NCBI GenBank assembly: GCA_017856385.1
Contig: JAFMFD010000006.1
Location: 3,467 to 67,466, forward strand
Length of the DNA: 64,000 nucleotides
Direction: 5' to 3'
DNA from: Actinomycetota bacterium
GTDB lineage: Bacteria > Actinomycetota > Actinomycetes > S36-B12
Numbering within the stretch: the first letter of the stretch is position 1; every line of letters begins with the position of its first letter. Both the position numbers and the translations under genes were made by a program. Below are positions 1-8,992 of the stretch, one piece after another. Under the pieces are notes generated by a model. The model was not told the DNA's origin and did no database searches. It was given only the letters and a program-made list of their open reading frames with translations.

Positions 1-611
1 TGCGGGTAGGCACCGTGGCCGGGGGTCCCGTGCACCACGATGTCGAACTCGTCGGCCGCTGCGTTGACCGTCTCCGGCAGCGCGGAGACCACGCCGGAGG
101 GCAGCAGTGGCTGAATGTGGATGCCCACCATCGCCCGGACGTGCTGGTCGGCGAGGATTCCCGAGCCGAGGACGTCGAGCGCTCCGCTCGGCCACGTCTC
201 CTCGCGCGGCTGGAACACGGCGACGAGTGGAGTGGCGGCCTGAGCTGCCCGAAGGGTCCGGGTGACGGCGGCCAGGGCGGCCATGTGGACGTCATGCCCG
301 CACGCGTGCATCGCGCCATTGCTGCTGCTCCACGGCACCTGAGCCAGCTCGTGCATCGGGAGGGCATCGAGCTCAGCGCGTATTCCGACCGCGGGCACCC
401 CGTCGTCCCCGACACGGACAATGAGGGCACCGGAGGCCTGGTGGATCCCGTCCTCGCCGAGGTGGTCGACGATTGCGGCGACGGTGTCGGCCTCGTCGCC
501 GCTCACGCGGGGGTCGGCATGGATGCGGTGGCGCAGGTCGACGGCAGCCGGGAGCTCATCGGCCAGCAGGTTGACCAGGTCCGCCGTGCTGGGCATCGCG
601 GGCGACGTCAT
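1..611 (-). CDS. M20 family amidohydrolase/peptidase (continues past the window start)
   Basis: Not in ORF track; manual translation from ATG 611 gives LRHRIHADPRVSGDE, RAELDALP, MHACGHDVH, FQPREE, GHGAYP; ATGA overlap with stop of upstream gene. Confidence 0.85.
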   Translation of the reverse strand, partial: MTSPAMPSTADLVNLLADELPAAVDLRHRIHADPRVSGDEADTVAAIVDHLGEDGIHQASGALIVRVGDDGVPAVGIRAELDALPMHELAQVPWSSSNGAMHACGHDVHMAALAAVTRTLRAAQAATPLVAVFQPREETWPSGALDVLGSGILADQHVRAMVGIHIQPLLPSGVVSALPETVNAAADEFDIVVHGTPGHGAYP

Positions 612-1744
612 CCCCTCACCTCCGGTATGCCGTACACATGGGCGGCGTTGCCGTTTGCCATCCAGTCGACGTAGCGCAGCGCATCCGCCACGCCGATGAG
701 GTCGCGGGCGACCCAATGCTCGAGGACGTCGGCGAGCGAGCGTCGCCACAGGCGGGCGCCGCCGAGGAACAGCTCCGGCAGGCCGAATGCGTCGGAGGCG
801 AACAGCTGCTTGCCGAAGGGCGCAACCTCCAGCGCCTCGCGCATGGCGGTCTCGGCGGATGGCCCGAGGTAGTTCAGGGTGAGCCCGATGTCCATCCACA
901 CGTGCGGGAACACGTGGCACAGGATCCCGGCCTCGCGGATGAAGGGGTAGCAGTGCAGTAGCAGCACGCGGCAGCCGGTCGGCTCGATCTCCGCGAGGAA
1001 CCTGGTCAGGTGCGAGGGGTCGCAGCGGTGCTGCACTGCGTCGGCGTCGCCGAGGCCCACATGGAACTGCAGCGGCCGTCCGGTGTCAGCGGCGCAGTGC
1101 AGCAGGTAGCGCATGATGACGGGGTCGTCGAGACGCCACGACGACGTGCGCTCGGCACGTGCGTACCAGGCTTCGGCAGCGGCTACGACCTCCCTGTCCG
1201 TCGGGCGCACGGGATCGAACTCGAGGCCGTGCCGATACGCGATGATCGACTTGAAGCCCACGTGCGTGGTCGTCGAGTGCTGCACGGCGGCCTCGAGCGC
1301 GCGGGGCAGGGCCTCGGCGGTGACGTCCGGCGCAATGGCCTCGGCGAGCGCCTCCAGCCGCGCCACCGCGAAGGCCGGTCGGTCGGCGAGGGCGCCCAGC
1401 TCGGCCGGCGAGCAGATCTGCGTGCCGAGGTACCCGGTGTCGACGATGTAGGTGTCGATGCCGGTGCCCGCCAGCAGCAGTCGCGCAGCCTCCCGCGGCC
1501 CCAGCTCTGCGCGACGGGCGAGGTACTCCTCGGCCGAGCAGTGGCGCGGCAGGCCGAGCACCTCGGCGCACTCCGAGCGGACCACGAGGCCGAAGGGTGA
1601 GTCGAAGTGCGATCGGTGGTGGTGCGAGCCGCTCTCGGTGATCAGCAGCTCGAACTCCGGGCCGGACAGCTCGTCGAGGGTGATGCCGTGGCAGTGATGA
1701 TCGATGAGGGGCACGTGGTCGATGTGCTCGCGGATCGCGCTCAT
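608..1744 (-). CDS. Amidohydrolase-2 family protein resembling the FluG N-terminal domain
   Basis: IDHHCH, FKSIIAYR, LQFHVGLGD, LLHCYPF, LFASDAFG motifs; start ATG 1744 overlaps RpiR stop (ATGA). Confidence 0.85.
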   Translation of the reverse strand: MSAIREHIDHVPLIDHHCHGITLDELSGPEFELLITESGSHHHRSHFDSPFGLVVRSECAEVLGLPRHCSAEEYLARRAELGPREAARLLLAGTGIDTYIVDTGYLGTQICSPAELGALADRPAFAVARLEALAEAIAPDVTAEALPRALEAAVQHSTTTHVGFKSIIAYRHGLEFDPVRPTDREVVAAAEAWYARAERTSSWRLDDPVIMRYLLHCAADTGRPLQFHVGLGDADAVQHRCDPSHLTRFLAEIEPTGCRVLLLHCYPFIREAGILCHVFPHVWMDIGLTLNYLGPSAETAMREALEVAPFGKQLFASDAFGLPELFLGGARLWRRSLADVLEHWVARDLIGVADALRYVDWMANGNAAHVYGIPEVRG

Positions 1745-2604
1745 GGCTGCTCCCGGACGGGCACGGCGGAGAACCCCTGCCGCTCCCACAGCTCGTCGTA
1801 GTCCTTCAGTCGCGCCACTGTCTCGTCGCCGAGGCGTTCGACGGCCCCGGTGACCATGGCCTCAACGAGTGCGAGGGTCGGCACCTGGGAGTCGAAGGGG
1901 CTCGCCGACTCGACCGACACCTGCAGGATCGCTGTGGCATCGAACGCGAGCGGACTCATCCACGGATCGGTGACCAGGACGATGCTGAGCCCGCGCTGCG
2001 CGCACATCCGCCCGAAGTCGACGGTGCTGCGCTGGTACCGGCGCATGTCGAACAGCACGACGACGTCGCCGCGTCGCGCATCCATCAGGTAGGGGACCCA
2101 CGTGTCAGCAGGGAGGAAGCTGACGCCGGGACGCACGATCTGCAGGTGCAGGGCGAGCACGTGCGCGCTGAGGCTGCTGAACCGGCCGCCGGCGGTGACG
2201 ACGCGGCGCTTGGGGTCGGTGATGAGGTCCAGGGCGAGGCCGAAACTCTCACGGTCGAGCTCGCGCAGGGAGGTCTCGACGGTCGACGTGAGCGTGGCCT
2301 GCGTGCGCGTGACGGCGTCGTCCCGGGCGGCGGAGAGCCGGTCGAACTGGAGCAGGGGGGAGGTGGTGCGCTCCTCGATCTCCTGCAGGAGTGCGCCCTG
2401 GAACTCCGGGTACCCGTCGAACCCGAGGCGGTTGACCAGCCGGATCACGGTCGGTCCGCTCACCTGGGCCCGCGAGGCGAGCCGCGCGACGGTCTCGAGC
2501 CCGGCGACCGGGTAGGCGCCCAGCAGCTCGTGGGCGACGCGTCGCTCGGCCCGCGGCAGGCTCGCCAGGGCGGCCCGGATGCGGTCGGCGACCAGTTCCG
2601 TCAT
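1741..2604 (-). CDS. MurR/RpiR family transcriptional regulator (HTH + SIS)
   Basis: LASRAQVSGPTVIRLVNRLGFDGYPEFQ HTH; SIS-like C-terminal half. Confidence 0.9.
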   Translation of the reverse strand: MTELVADRIRAALASLPRAERRVAHELLGAYPVAGLETVARLASRAQVSGPTVIRLVNRLGFDGYPEFQGALLQEIEERTTSPLLQFDRLSAARDDAVTRTQATLTSTVETSLRELDRESFGLALDLITDPKRRVVTAGGRFSSLSAHVLALHLQIVRPGVSFLPADTWVPYLMDARRGDVVVLFDMRRYQRSTVDFGRMCAQRGLSIVLVTDPWMSPLAFDATAILQVSVESASPFDSQVPTLALVEAMVTGAVERLGDETVARLKDYDELWERQGFSAVPVREQP

Positions 2605-2635
2605 GAAACGTACGTTACAGAGAATCCGCTTGACA
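2604..2635. promoter_or_regulatory. Probable RpiR operator and -35 box in the divergent promoter
   Basis: Near-palindrome TGAAACGTACGTTACA (2604-2619); TTGACA at 2630-2635. Confidence 0.5.
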
Positions 2636-2680
2636 CCGCAGACGAAACGAAGATTAGATCCCGTGCGTGGAGGGAGCCCG

Positions 2681-3994
2681 ATGACGGCTGGTGACGTGGC
2701 CCTGCTGGCCTGGAACGACTACGTCGGGATCACCCGCTGCCGGGGCATCCCCGCCGAGCAGCTGCCCGCCCGCATGGCCCACGGCCTGGGCTGGGCGGTG
2801 GCCGGCCAGGCGATGACCCCGTTCTCCGACATCGCGCCCAACCCGTGGGGCCCGATGCTCGAGGTGCGCCAGGTACCGATCCCGGAGACCGGCACGCGCG
2901 TGGACATCTGGCCGGACGCCCCCGCCTTCCACCTCTACCTGTGCGATGCGCGCACCCCCGACGGTGCCGACTGGGACTGCTCCACGCGCGGCTTCCTCAC
3001 CCGGGCGCTGGCCGAGCTGCATGCCGCTACCGGGCTGACCCTGAAGGCGGCCTTCGAGCACGAGTTCCTCCTGGAGTCGGATGCGCTGAACCCGGCACCG
3101 GCGTTCACCGTCGAGGCGATGCGCCTCATCGCGCCCCTGGCCGGTGACATCGCGCTCGCGCTGCACGAGGCCGGCCTCGAGCCCGAGACCGTCGAGCCCG
3201 AGTACGGCGTGGGCCAGTACGAGGTCACCACGGCACCGGCGCTGGGTGTCTCCGCTGGGGATCGGGCAGTGATCACGCGCGAGGTGATCCGCGAGGCTGC
3301 TCGGCGCCGAGGCATGCGCGCGTGCTTCAGCCCCAAGCCGGATCCGTCGGGTGTGGGCAATGGCAGCCACGTCCACTTCAGCCTCATCGACGACGACGGG
3401 CGCAACGTCACGCACGATCCGGCCCACCCCAGCGGGGTGAGCGCCGTGGCCCAGGCGTTCATCGCCGGAGTCGTCCGTCACATGCCCGCTCTCTGCGCGC
3501 TGGTCGCCCCGAGCCCGGTGTCCTACCTGCGTCTCGGGCCCCACCACTGGAGCTGCGGGTTCGCGTCGTTCGGCATCCAGAACCGCGAGGCCGCGATCCG
3601 CGTATGCCCGTCGACCGATCCGGATCCGGTCGTCCAGGCCCGCACCTTCAACCTGGAGTTCCGTCCGCCGGATCCGTCCGCGAGCCCGTACCTCGTCCTC
3701 GGTGCGCTCGTGCACGCCGGCCTGGCCGGGATCCGCGACGGCCTTCCTCTGCCTCCGGCGTGCGAGGGCGATCCTGCGGACCTCACCCCGCAGCAGCGGG
3801 CGCAGATGGGCATTCGTGAACTGCCGGCGACCCTGACGGCGGCGCTCGATGCCCTGCTTGCCGACGACGTGGCCGCCGGGTGGCTGCCGCCGGTCATGCT
3901 CGAGTCCTACCTGTCGGTCAAGCGCACCGAGGTCGACGTCGCCGCCGCATGGAGCAGTGAGGAGCTGTGCGCGCAGTACGCGCGCGTCTACTAG
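2681..3994 (+). CDS. Glutamine synthetase-like gamma-glutamyl ligase (GlnA3/GlnA4/FluG C-domain type)
   Basis: AFEHEF, EPEYGVGQYE, GNGSHVHFSL, NREAAIR, NLEFRPPD; GGAG RBS before ATG 2681. Confidence 0.88.
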   Translation: MTAGDVALLAWNDYVGITRCRGIPAEQLPARMAHGLGWAVAGQAMTPFSDIAPNPWGPMLEVRQVPIPETGTRVDIWPDAPAFHLYLCDARTPDGADWDCSTRGFLTRALAELHAATGLTLKAAFEHEFLLESDALNPAPAFTVEAMRLIAPLAGDIALALHEAGLEPETVEPEYGVGQYEVTTAPALGVSAGDRAVITREVIREAARRRGMRACFSPKPDPSGVGNGSHVHFSLIDDDGRNVTHDPAHPSGVSAVAQAFIAGVVRHMPALCALVAPSPVSYLRLGPHHWSCGFASFGIQNREAAIRVCPSTDPDPVVQARTFNLEFRPPDPSASPYLVLGALVHAGLAGIRDGLPLPPACEGDPADLTPQQRAQMGIRELPATLTAALDALLADDVAAGWLPPVMLESYLSVKRTEVDVAAAWSSEELCAQYARVY

Positions 3995-4064
3995 GCGGGG
4001 TCCAGGCGGGCAGGCCGGCTGCTCTCGCGTGGCCGAGGGGTGCAGCCCGTGTGAGGATGCGTGC

Positions 4065-4493
4065 GTGTCTCCAGTGACTCCCGCCCGTGCGCAATGCACG
4101 CCGCTGATGGGCGCGCTGCTGCTGATCGGCGCGCTGGTCGGGATGCACCACCTGGTCGCGGCAGGCTGTGCCGCGACCACGATGGACCACGCAAGCGCCA
4201 CCGCCTATGCCATCGAGCATGCCATCGAGCATGGCGATTCGCACCGGGGCTCGACTGCCAAGTCCGCGGAGCCGGCGGTGGATGTGATCGCCTCGGTACC
4301 GCTGACTCCCTCCGACACGGGGACCATGGCCGCATGTGTCGCGATCCTCATCGCCCTGTGGTGTGCGCCACCGCTGGTGCGCTTGGCATACAACGGTGGT
4401 GAGCGCCATCGGGTGGAAGAGCCCCTGCCCTCGCGTCCTGAGAAGGCGGCGCACCCCCCTGACCTCGCCACGCTGTCGATCAGTCGCACGTGA
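4065..4493 (+). CDS. Small membrane protein, DUF6153-like
   Basis: ALVGMHHL motif, His-containing linker, second TM with Cys, C-terminal PPDLATLSISRT; lies just upstream of a DUF305 gene; start approximate. Confidence 0.55.
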   Translation: MSPVTPARAQCTPLMGALLLIGALVGMHHLVAAGCAATTMDHASATAYAIEHAIEHGDSHRGSTAKSAEPAVDVIASVPLTPSDTGTMAACVAILIALWCAPPLVRLAYNGGERHRVEEPLPSRPEKAAHPPDLATLSISRT

Positions 4494-4555
4494 GACCGCG
4501 GGATCCGTCGATCCCCTGCGGTCCGTCGTCCACCCCATTCGACAGGAGCATGACC

Positions 4556-5968
4556 ATGTCTGTTTCGTTCACCCCATACAGCTCGACCCGTACCGCGCTT
4601 CGCGCCGTTGATCGGCGCTTCACGACTGCGCTGCTCGCGGTGCTGACCGTTTCCGTCCTCGCCCTCGCCGCGTGCTCCTCCGACTCCGGCAGTCACAGCG
4701 ACTCCGGCAGTCACAGCGATTCCGACGGTCACAGTGACTCCGGCGGTCACAGTGACTCCGGCGGCGAGACCGGCCAGGCCGCGGACGTCATGTTCGCGCA
4801 GATGATGATCCCGCACCATGAGCAGGCCGTCGTCATGGCCGACCTCGCAGCCGCTCGCGCGAGCGATCCCGTCATCGTCGACCTCGCCGCTGAGATCAAG
4901 GGTGCGCAGGCTCCGGAGATCGCCCTGATGGAGTCATGGCTGACGCAGTGGGGTGCTGAGCGGCTTTCGGAGGACGAGGCCATGGGGATGCACGGCTCGC
5001 ACGGCATGGCGGGCATGCTGAGCGCGGAACAGCTCGAGGACCTTGAGGCGGCGAGTGGCGCGGAGTTCGACCGGCTCTTCGCGTCGGCCATGATCGAGCA
5101 CCACGAGGGCGCGGTCCAGATGGCTCGTGATGTGCTCGGTGCAGGTGCCGATCCTGACGTTGCGGCACTCGCCCGCGAGATCATCGTCACGCAGGAGAAG
5201 GAGATCCTGCAGCTGCAGGCCTTCCTCGGCGGGCCCTCAGATCCGGCAGCAGGTTCGTCCGCGACTGCTGTCGAGCCGGCCCTCGCGCACGTGCACGGAG
5301 CCGTGGTCGATGGGGATGCACTGCTCGTCGGCACGCACGACGGCGTTCATCGCATCGACCTCGCCACGGGTGCCACGCAGCGGGTGGGGGAGTCGCAGGA
5401 CGACTTCATGGGGTTCACGGGCCAGGCGCGGACAGGCCTGCTGGCCAGCGGTCACCCCGGCCCGGGGTCCTCCCTGCCGAATCCGATCGGCCTGATCACC
5501 AGTTCCGATGGGGGAGCGACGTGGCAGCCGGCGAGCCTCGCCGGCGAGGTGGACTTCCACGCGCTCGCCGTCATCGACGACACCGTCGTGGGCTGGGACA
5601 CCCGCGGCCCGCTGCAGTGGTCGACCGACGCGGGGGCGACGTGGAGTCAGGGGCCCATGGTCACCCCGACGGCTGTCGCCTGGTTCGGTGACCGTTTCTG
5701 GATCGCCTCACCCGAGGACGGCGTCAGCACGTGGTCGCCCGGTGATGGGGCTGTCACGTCAATGAACGTCCCCGGCGTGCTGCTGGCCGCCTCGTCGGCA
5801 GGCGATGCGCTCTGGCGCGTCGACGTCGACGGATCGGTGCACCGCACCCGTGACGGGCAGGCCTGGGAGCAGCTCGGGTCCGTCACCGCGATCGAGGCGC
5901 TTGCGGCGGACAGCGAGCGCGCGTACGCAGTGACGGGAACCGGCGTCCAGGTGGTGCCCGCGCCCTAG
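4556..5968 (+). CDS. Lipoprotein: DUF305 (CopM-like) domain fused to BNR/Asp-box beta-propeller (F510_1955-like)
   Basis: Lipobox LALAAC; DVMFAQMMIPHHEQAV and MIEHHEGAV; HVHG, DFMGF, SGHP, SSDGGATW, VDFHAL. Confidence 0.8.
   Translation: MSVSFTPYSSTRTALRAVDRRFTTALLAVLTVSVLALAACSSDSGSHSDSGSHSDSDGHSDSGGHSDSGGETGQAADVMFAQMMIPHHEQAVVMADLAAARASDPVIVDLAAEIKGAQAPEIALMESWLTQWGAERLSEDEAMGMHGSHGMAGMLSAEQLEDLEAASGAEFDRLFASAMIEHHEGAVQMARDVLGAGADPDVAALAREIIVTQEKEILQLQAFLGGPSDPAAGSSATAVEPALAHVHGAVVDGDALLVGTHDGVHRIDLATGATQRVGESQDDFMGFTGQARTGLLASGHPGPGSSLPNPIGLITSSDGGATWQPASLAGEVDFHALAVIDDTVVGWDTRGPLQWSTDAGATWSQGPMVTPTAVAWFGDRFWIASPEDGVSTWSPGDGAVTSMNVPGVLLAASSAGDALWRVDVDGSVHRTRDGQAWEQLGSVTAIEALAADSERAYAVTGTGVQVVPAP
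4682..4765 (+). repeat. 18-bp coding tandem repeat (about 4.7 copies) encoding (D-S-G/D-S/G-H-S)n
   Basis: gactccggcagtcacagc x2, gattccgacggtcacagt, gactccggcggtcacagt, gactccggcggc. Confidence 0.9.
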
Positions 5969-5975
5969 CGTGGAA

Positions 5976-6016
5976 ACGTTGAGGGGGGCCTGCGAAGTGC
6001 AGGCCCCCCTCAACGT
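5976..6016. terminator. Bidirectional hairpin terminator between convergent genes
   Basis: 18-bp perfect stem acgttgaggggggcctgc / gcaggcccccctcaacgt, 5-nt loop. Confidence 0.8.
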
Positions 6017-6024
6017 CAGTGGTG

Positions 6025-6654
6025 TCACGGAGCGAAGGGAAGCAGCACTCCGTTGATGCCGTGGGCAACCTGCTTGTTGCCCTCGTTGATGTCGACCTTG
6101 GTCAGGATGACCCGCGGGTTCGGCAGCTTGGGCGCGTAGTCGCCGAGGATGATGGCCGGGGCCTTTGTGACCTTGACCTTGATGGTCTTGCCGTCGACAG
6201 CGGTCTTGAGCTTGGCGCCGTTGGCCTTCAGTGCGTCCTGCGACAGGATCGTCGAGCCGGGGACCACGTGGTAGAGCAGGACCTGCTCGACGGTGTCGAT
6301 GCCGAGCCCGGCAACGGCCTCGAAGGCGGCCTTCTCGGTGGTGACCTTCGAGCCGGCCAGGGCCGAGGCGAGGTTCATGAAGGCCTTGTCGGTGGGGGCG
6401 AACACGGTCAGGGCCGTGGTGCCGTCGGCGAGGACCTTGACGGGGGAGTTCGGCTTCGCGGCGAGGACGGCCTCAGCGGCCTTGGTCACGATGTCGAAGT
6501 CGGCGTAGTCGCGGTCGAACGCGGCCTGCCCGACCTTCAGGACGCTGGCGAGGGAGGTGGTGCCGTCAGCGGCGTTGGCGGCGGGGGCCAGCGTGGCGGC
6601 TCCGACCAGGGCCGCGGCGCCGACGAGGGCGGTTCGCAGGATCGTGGTGCGCAT
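6025..6654 (-). CDS. Secreted fasciclin (FAS1) domain protein
   Basis: Signal peptide; LTVFAPTDKAF, LLYHVVPG, VAHGINGVLLP; AGGAG RBS. Confidence 0.9.
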   Translation of the reverse strand: MRTTILRTALVGAAALVGAATLAPAANAADGTTSLASVLKVGQAAFDRDYADFDIVTKAAEAVLAAKPNSPVKVLADGTTALTVFAPTDKAFMNLASALAGSKVTTEKAAFEAVAGLGIDTVEQVLLYHVVPGSTILSQDALKANGAKLKTAVDGKTIKVKVTKAPAIILGDYAPKLPNPRVILTKVDINEGNKQVAHGINGVLLPFAP

Positions 6655-6703
6655 GGTGTCTCCTTGGGTTCCTTCCGCCCCGAGCGGGCGGTGCTGCCCC
6701 TAC

Positions 6704-6730
6704 TTCCGTGGATCGGTGGCCCACGGATGC
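6704..6730 (-). promoter_or_regulatory. SigK-type ECF promoter for the fasciclin gene
   Basis: Minus strand GCATCC-N16-CGGAA. Confidence 0.65.
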
Positions 6731-6768
6731 ACCCAGGTGAAGAAATCTCCCCCCACTTCCCGCCGGTG

Positions 6769-6855
6769 CGTTTCTCCCGCGTCGCGGGACAGGTGAGCCA
6801 AACGCCCTCGAAATCGGGCCCTCAAGCTCACCTGTCCCGCGACGCGGGAGAAACG
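6769..6855. repeat. Perfect 30-bp inverted repeat, 27-bp spacer, each arm itself palindromic (REP/REPIN-like)
   Basis: cgtttctcccgcgtcgcgggacaggtgagc (6769-6798) is the exact reverse complement of 6826-6855. Confidence 0.85.
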
Positions 6856-6886
6856 GGGGGTGGGGGGAAGAAATGTGGCGGGGGGT

Positions 6887-6913
6887 GCATCCGCGCGGGG
6901 GGTGGCGACGGAA
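6887..6913 (+). promoter_or_regulatory. SigK-type ECF promoter for the sigma/anti-sigma operon
   Basis: Plus strand GCATCC-N16-CGGAA, same boxes and spacing as the divergent copy. Confidence 0.65.
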
Positions 6914-6981
6914 GAGGGATCGTCGGCCACGGACGAGGGGCTGACGGGAGAGCGGCGACGGAGGAGGGAGGGCGGACCGCC

Positions 6982-7608
6982 ATGGCGGCACTGGCATTGC
7001 ATACTGGCGAGCAGGCGCTGCCCACCCATGCCCGCTCACCCCTGAGGGAGCTGTCCGTGTCGGTCGACCCCGAAGCTGCGGCCACGGCCGGGTTTGCCCG
7101 AGGGGATGAGGATGCCCTCGAGCAGTCCTATCGCCTCTGGGGCTCTCTCGTGCACACGATCGCCCTGCGGAGCGTCGGCAACGAGGCCGACGCCGCCGAC
7201 ATCACGCAGGCCGTCTTCGTGAGCGCCTGGCGTGGGCGCGGCGGCTTCGACCCCGAGCGGGGTGCGCTCCCGGCCTGGCTGATCTCGATCACCCGCCGAC
7301 GCATCGCCGATCACTGGGAGGAGCGGTCGCGGCACCTGCGCCGGGTGGAGGCGGTGGCCGCGCAGTCCCCGGACGAGCCGGTGCACGCCCCCGTGGACGG
7401 CATCATCGACCGTGTCCTGCTCGCTGACGAGCTCGAGCGTCTGGGCGAGCCCCAGCGCCGGATCATGGAGCTGGCGTTCTTCCAGGATCTGACCCACACG
7501 CAGATCGCCAGCCTGCTTGACCTTCCGCTCGGAACGGTCAAGAGTCACGTCCGCCGATCCCTGGATCGGCTCCGGACCCGATTGGAGGTGGACCGTGTCG
7601 CATCCTGA
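6982..7608 (+). CDS. sigK: ECF sigma factor, SigK-like
   Basis: DAADITQAVFVSAW, FDPERGALPAWLISITRRRIAD, LTHTQIASLLDLPLGTVKSHVRRSL; next to RskA-like gene and fasciclin. Confidence 0.8.
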   Translation: MAALALHTGEQALPTHARSPLRELSVSVDPEAAATAGFARGDEDALEQSYRLWGSLVHTIALRSVGNEADAADITQAVFVSAWRGRGGFDPERGALPAWLISITRRRIADHWEERSRHLRRVEAVAAQSPDEPVHAPVDGIIDRVLLADELERLGEPQRRIMELAFFQDLTHTQIASLLDLPLGTVKSHVRRSLDRLRTRLEVDRVAS

Positions 7609-8308
7609 TGAGGCCGATCTCGCCCTGATCGCGCTGGGGGAGCCGGCGAGCGCCGCAGATGCTGCGCACCTGGCTGCGTGCTCGAGGTGTCGCAGTCGTG
7701 TCGACCAGCTGGGGGCGGTGGTCTCGACTGCTCGGACCATCACCGACGAGGACCGTCCGGTCGCGCCGCCCGCAGCGGTGTGGGAGGGAATCGTGGCCGA
7801 GGCCGGGCTCACCGGCGCGCAGGCGTCCGTGACGTCGCTGGACCAGCGCCGTCGTCGGCGTGGGCCGGTGCTGGGATGGCTGGTCGCGGCGGCTGCCGTG
7901 GGCGTGCTCGCCGGTGCGACCCTGACGACGGTGCTGGGCAGCACGGGCGGCACGGGCAGTTCTGACGACGCCCAGCTGCTGGCCACGGCACCGCTCGAGC
8001 CGGTCGCGGAGTCCGCGTACCAGGGGACGGCTGCGGTGGAGCAGCGTGGCGCTGAGTCCGTGCTGCGGGTCTCGGTGCCCGACCTGCCTGCTGTGGAGGA
8101 CGGCTACTACGAGGTGTGGATGGCGACGCCTGACGCATCGACCATGGTGGCCATCGGCACCCTCAACCCCGGTGAGGAGGCCGTCCTCACGCTGCCCGTG
8201 GGCATGGACACGGCGGCCTTCCCGCTCGTCGACGTCTCTGTCGAGCACTTCGACGGAGACGCGGGGCACAGCGCCGTCAGCGTGGTGCGGGGTCTGCTGC
8301 CCGCGTGA
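7595..8308 (+). CDS. rskA: Anti-sigma-K factor RskA family
   Basis: ZAS motif HLAACSRC, single TM, YYEVW and VDVSVE in C-terminal domain; overlaps sigma stop. Confidence 0.8.
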   Translation: MSHPDEADLALIALGEPASAADAAHLAACSRCRSRVDQLGAVVSTARTITDEDRPVAPPAAVWEGIVAEAGLTGAQASVTSLDQRRRRRGPVLGWLVAAAAVGVLAGATLTTVLGSTGGTGSSDDAQLLATAPLEPVAESAYQGTAAVEQRGAESVLRVSVPDLPAVEDGYYEVWMATPDASTMVAIGTLNPGEEAVLTLPVGMDTAAFPLVDVSVEHFDGDAGHSAVSVVRGLLPA

Positions 8309-8867
8309 GCACCCGCTCGACCATCTGCTGACGCAGCCGCGGCTGCGCCTGGGCCGCGGGATCGAACGAGTAGTCGATCGCCACCCCGAGCAGCGCGGAC
8401 ACGATGCGCCTGGCCTCACGCCGGCACGCAGCGTCGGGGCGCGACAGGCCCTCCTGCGCAGCGATCACCGCGGCGAAGCGCTCGTACGCGCCGTCGATGC
8501 GGCCCCGCTCGATGGCGGCGAGCTCCTCGTCTGCCACGGCGTAGCCGAGGAAGGCGATCGTGACGCGCCAGTCGTCGAGCCGCTCCTGGTCCAGGGGGAG
8601 CAGCGACTCCACGCACCCGGCCACCCCGAGGCCCGCGGCCTCGGCCGACTCGATGCGCTGCACCTGGCGCACGCCGACCCACTCGAAGGTGGCCAGGACG
8701 AGGTCACGCATGTCGCGGAAGTACGTGCTCACGATCGCCCGGCTGGTGCCTGCCTCCGCGGCCATGCGCCGCATGGTCAGGGCGTGCAGGCCCTCCCGGG
8801 CCACGATGCCCGCCGCCAGCTCGGCGATCTGCTCACGGGTTCGGGCGTGGTCGACGAGGACGGGCAT
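8277..8867 (-). CDS. TetR family regulator (BetI-type C domain)
   Basis: GLHALTMRRMAAEAGTSRAIVSTYF HTH. Confidence 0.85.
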   Translation of the reverse strand: MPVLVDHARTREQIAELAAGIVAREGLHALTMRRMAAEAGTSRAIVSTYFRDMRDLVLATFEWVGVRQVQRIESAEAAGLGVAGCVESLLPLDQERLDDWRVTIAFLGYAVADEELAAIERGRIDGAYERFAAVIAAQEGLSRPDAACRREARRIVSALLGVAIDYSFDPAAQAQPRLRQQMVERVLTRAADPAPR

Positions 8868-8883
8868 GGCCCCAGCATGCCGT

Positions 8884-8902
8884 ATGCCATGCCACATGGC
8901 AT
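8884..8902. promoter_or_regulatory. Probable TetR operator
   Basis: Palindrome ATGCCATG-cca-CATGGCAT between divergent tetR and flavoprotein genes. Confidence 0.55.
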
Positions 8903-8992
8903 GCAATACATGTCAACTGGCTTCTCATGTCGCGTCGGCCCGTGTATGGTCGGCCCGTTGCTTCCATGGACGTCCACGCATCCGGAGATCCG

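Noticed and set aside
4682-4765. Short direct repeats as a possible CRISPR array
   Set aside because: Contiguous 18-bp in-frame coding repeats with no spacers and no cas genes
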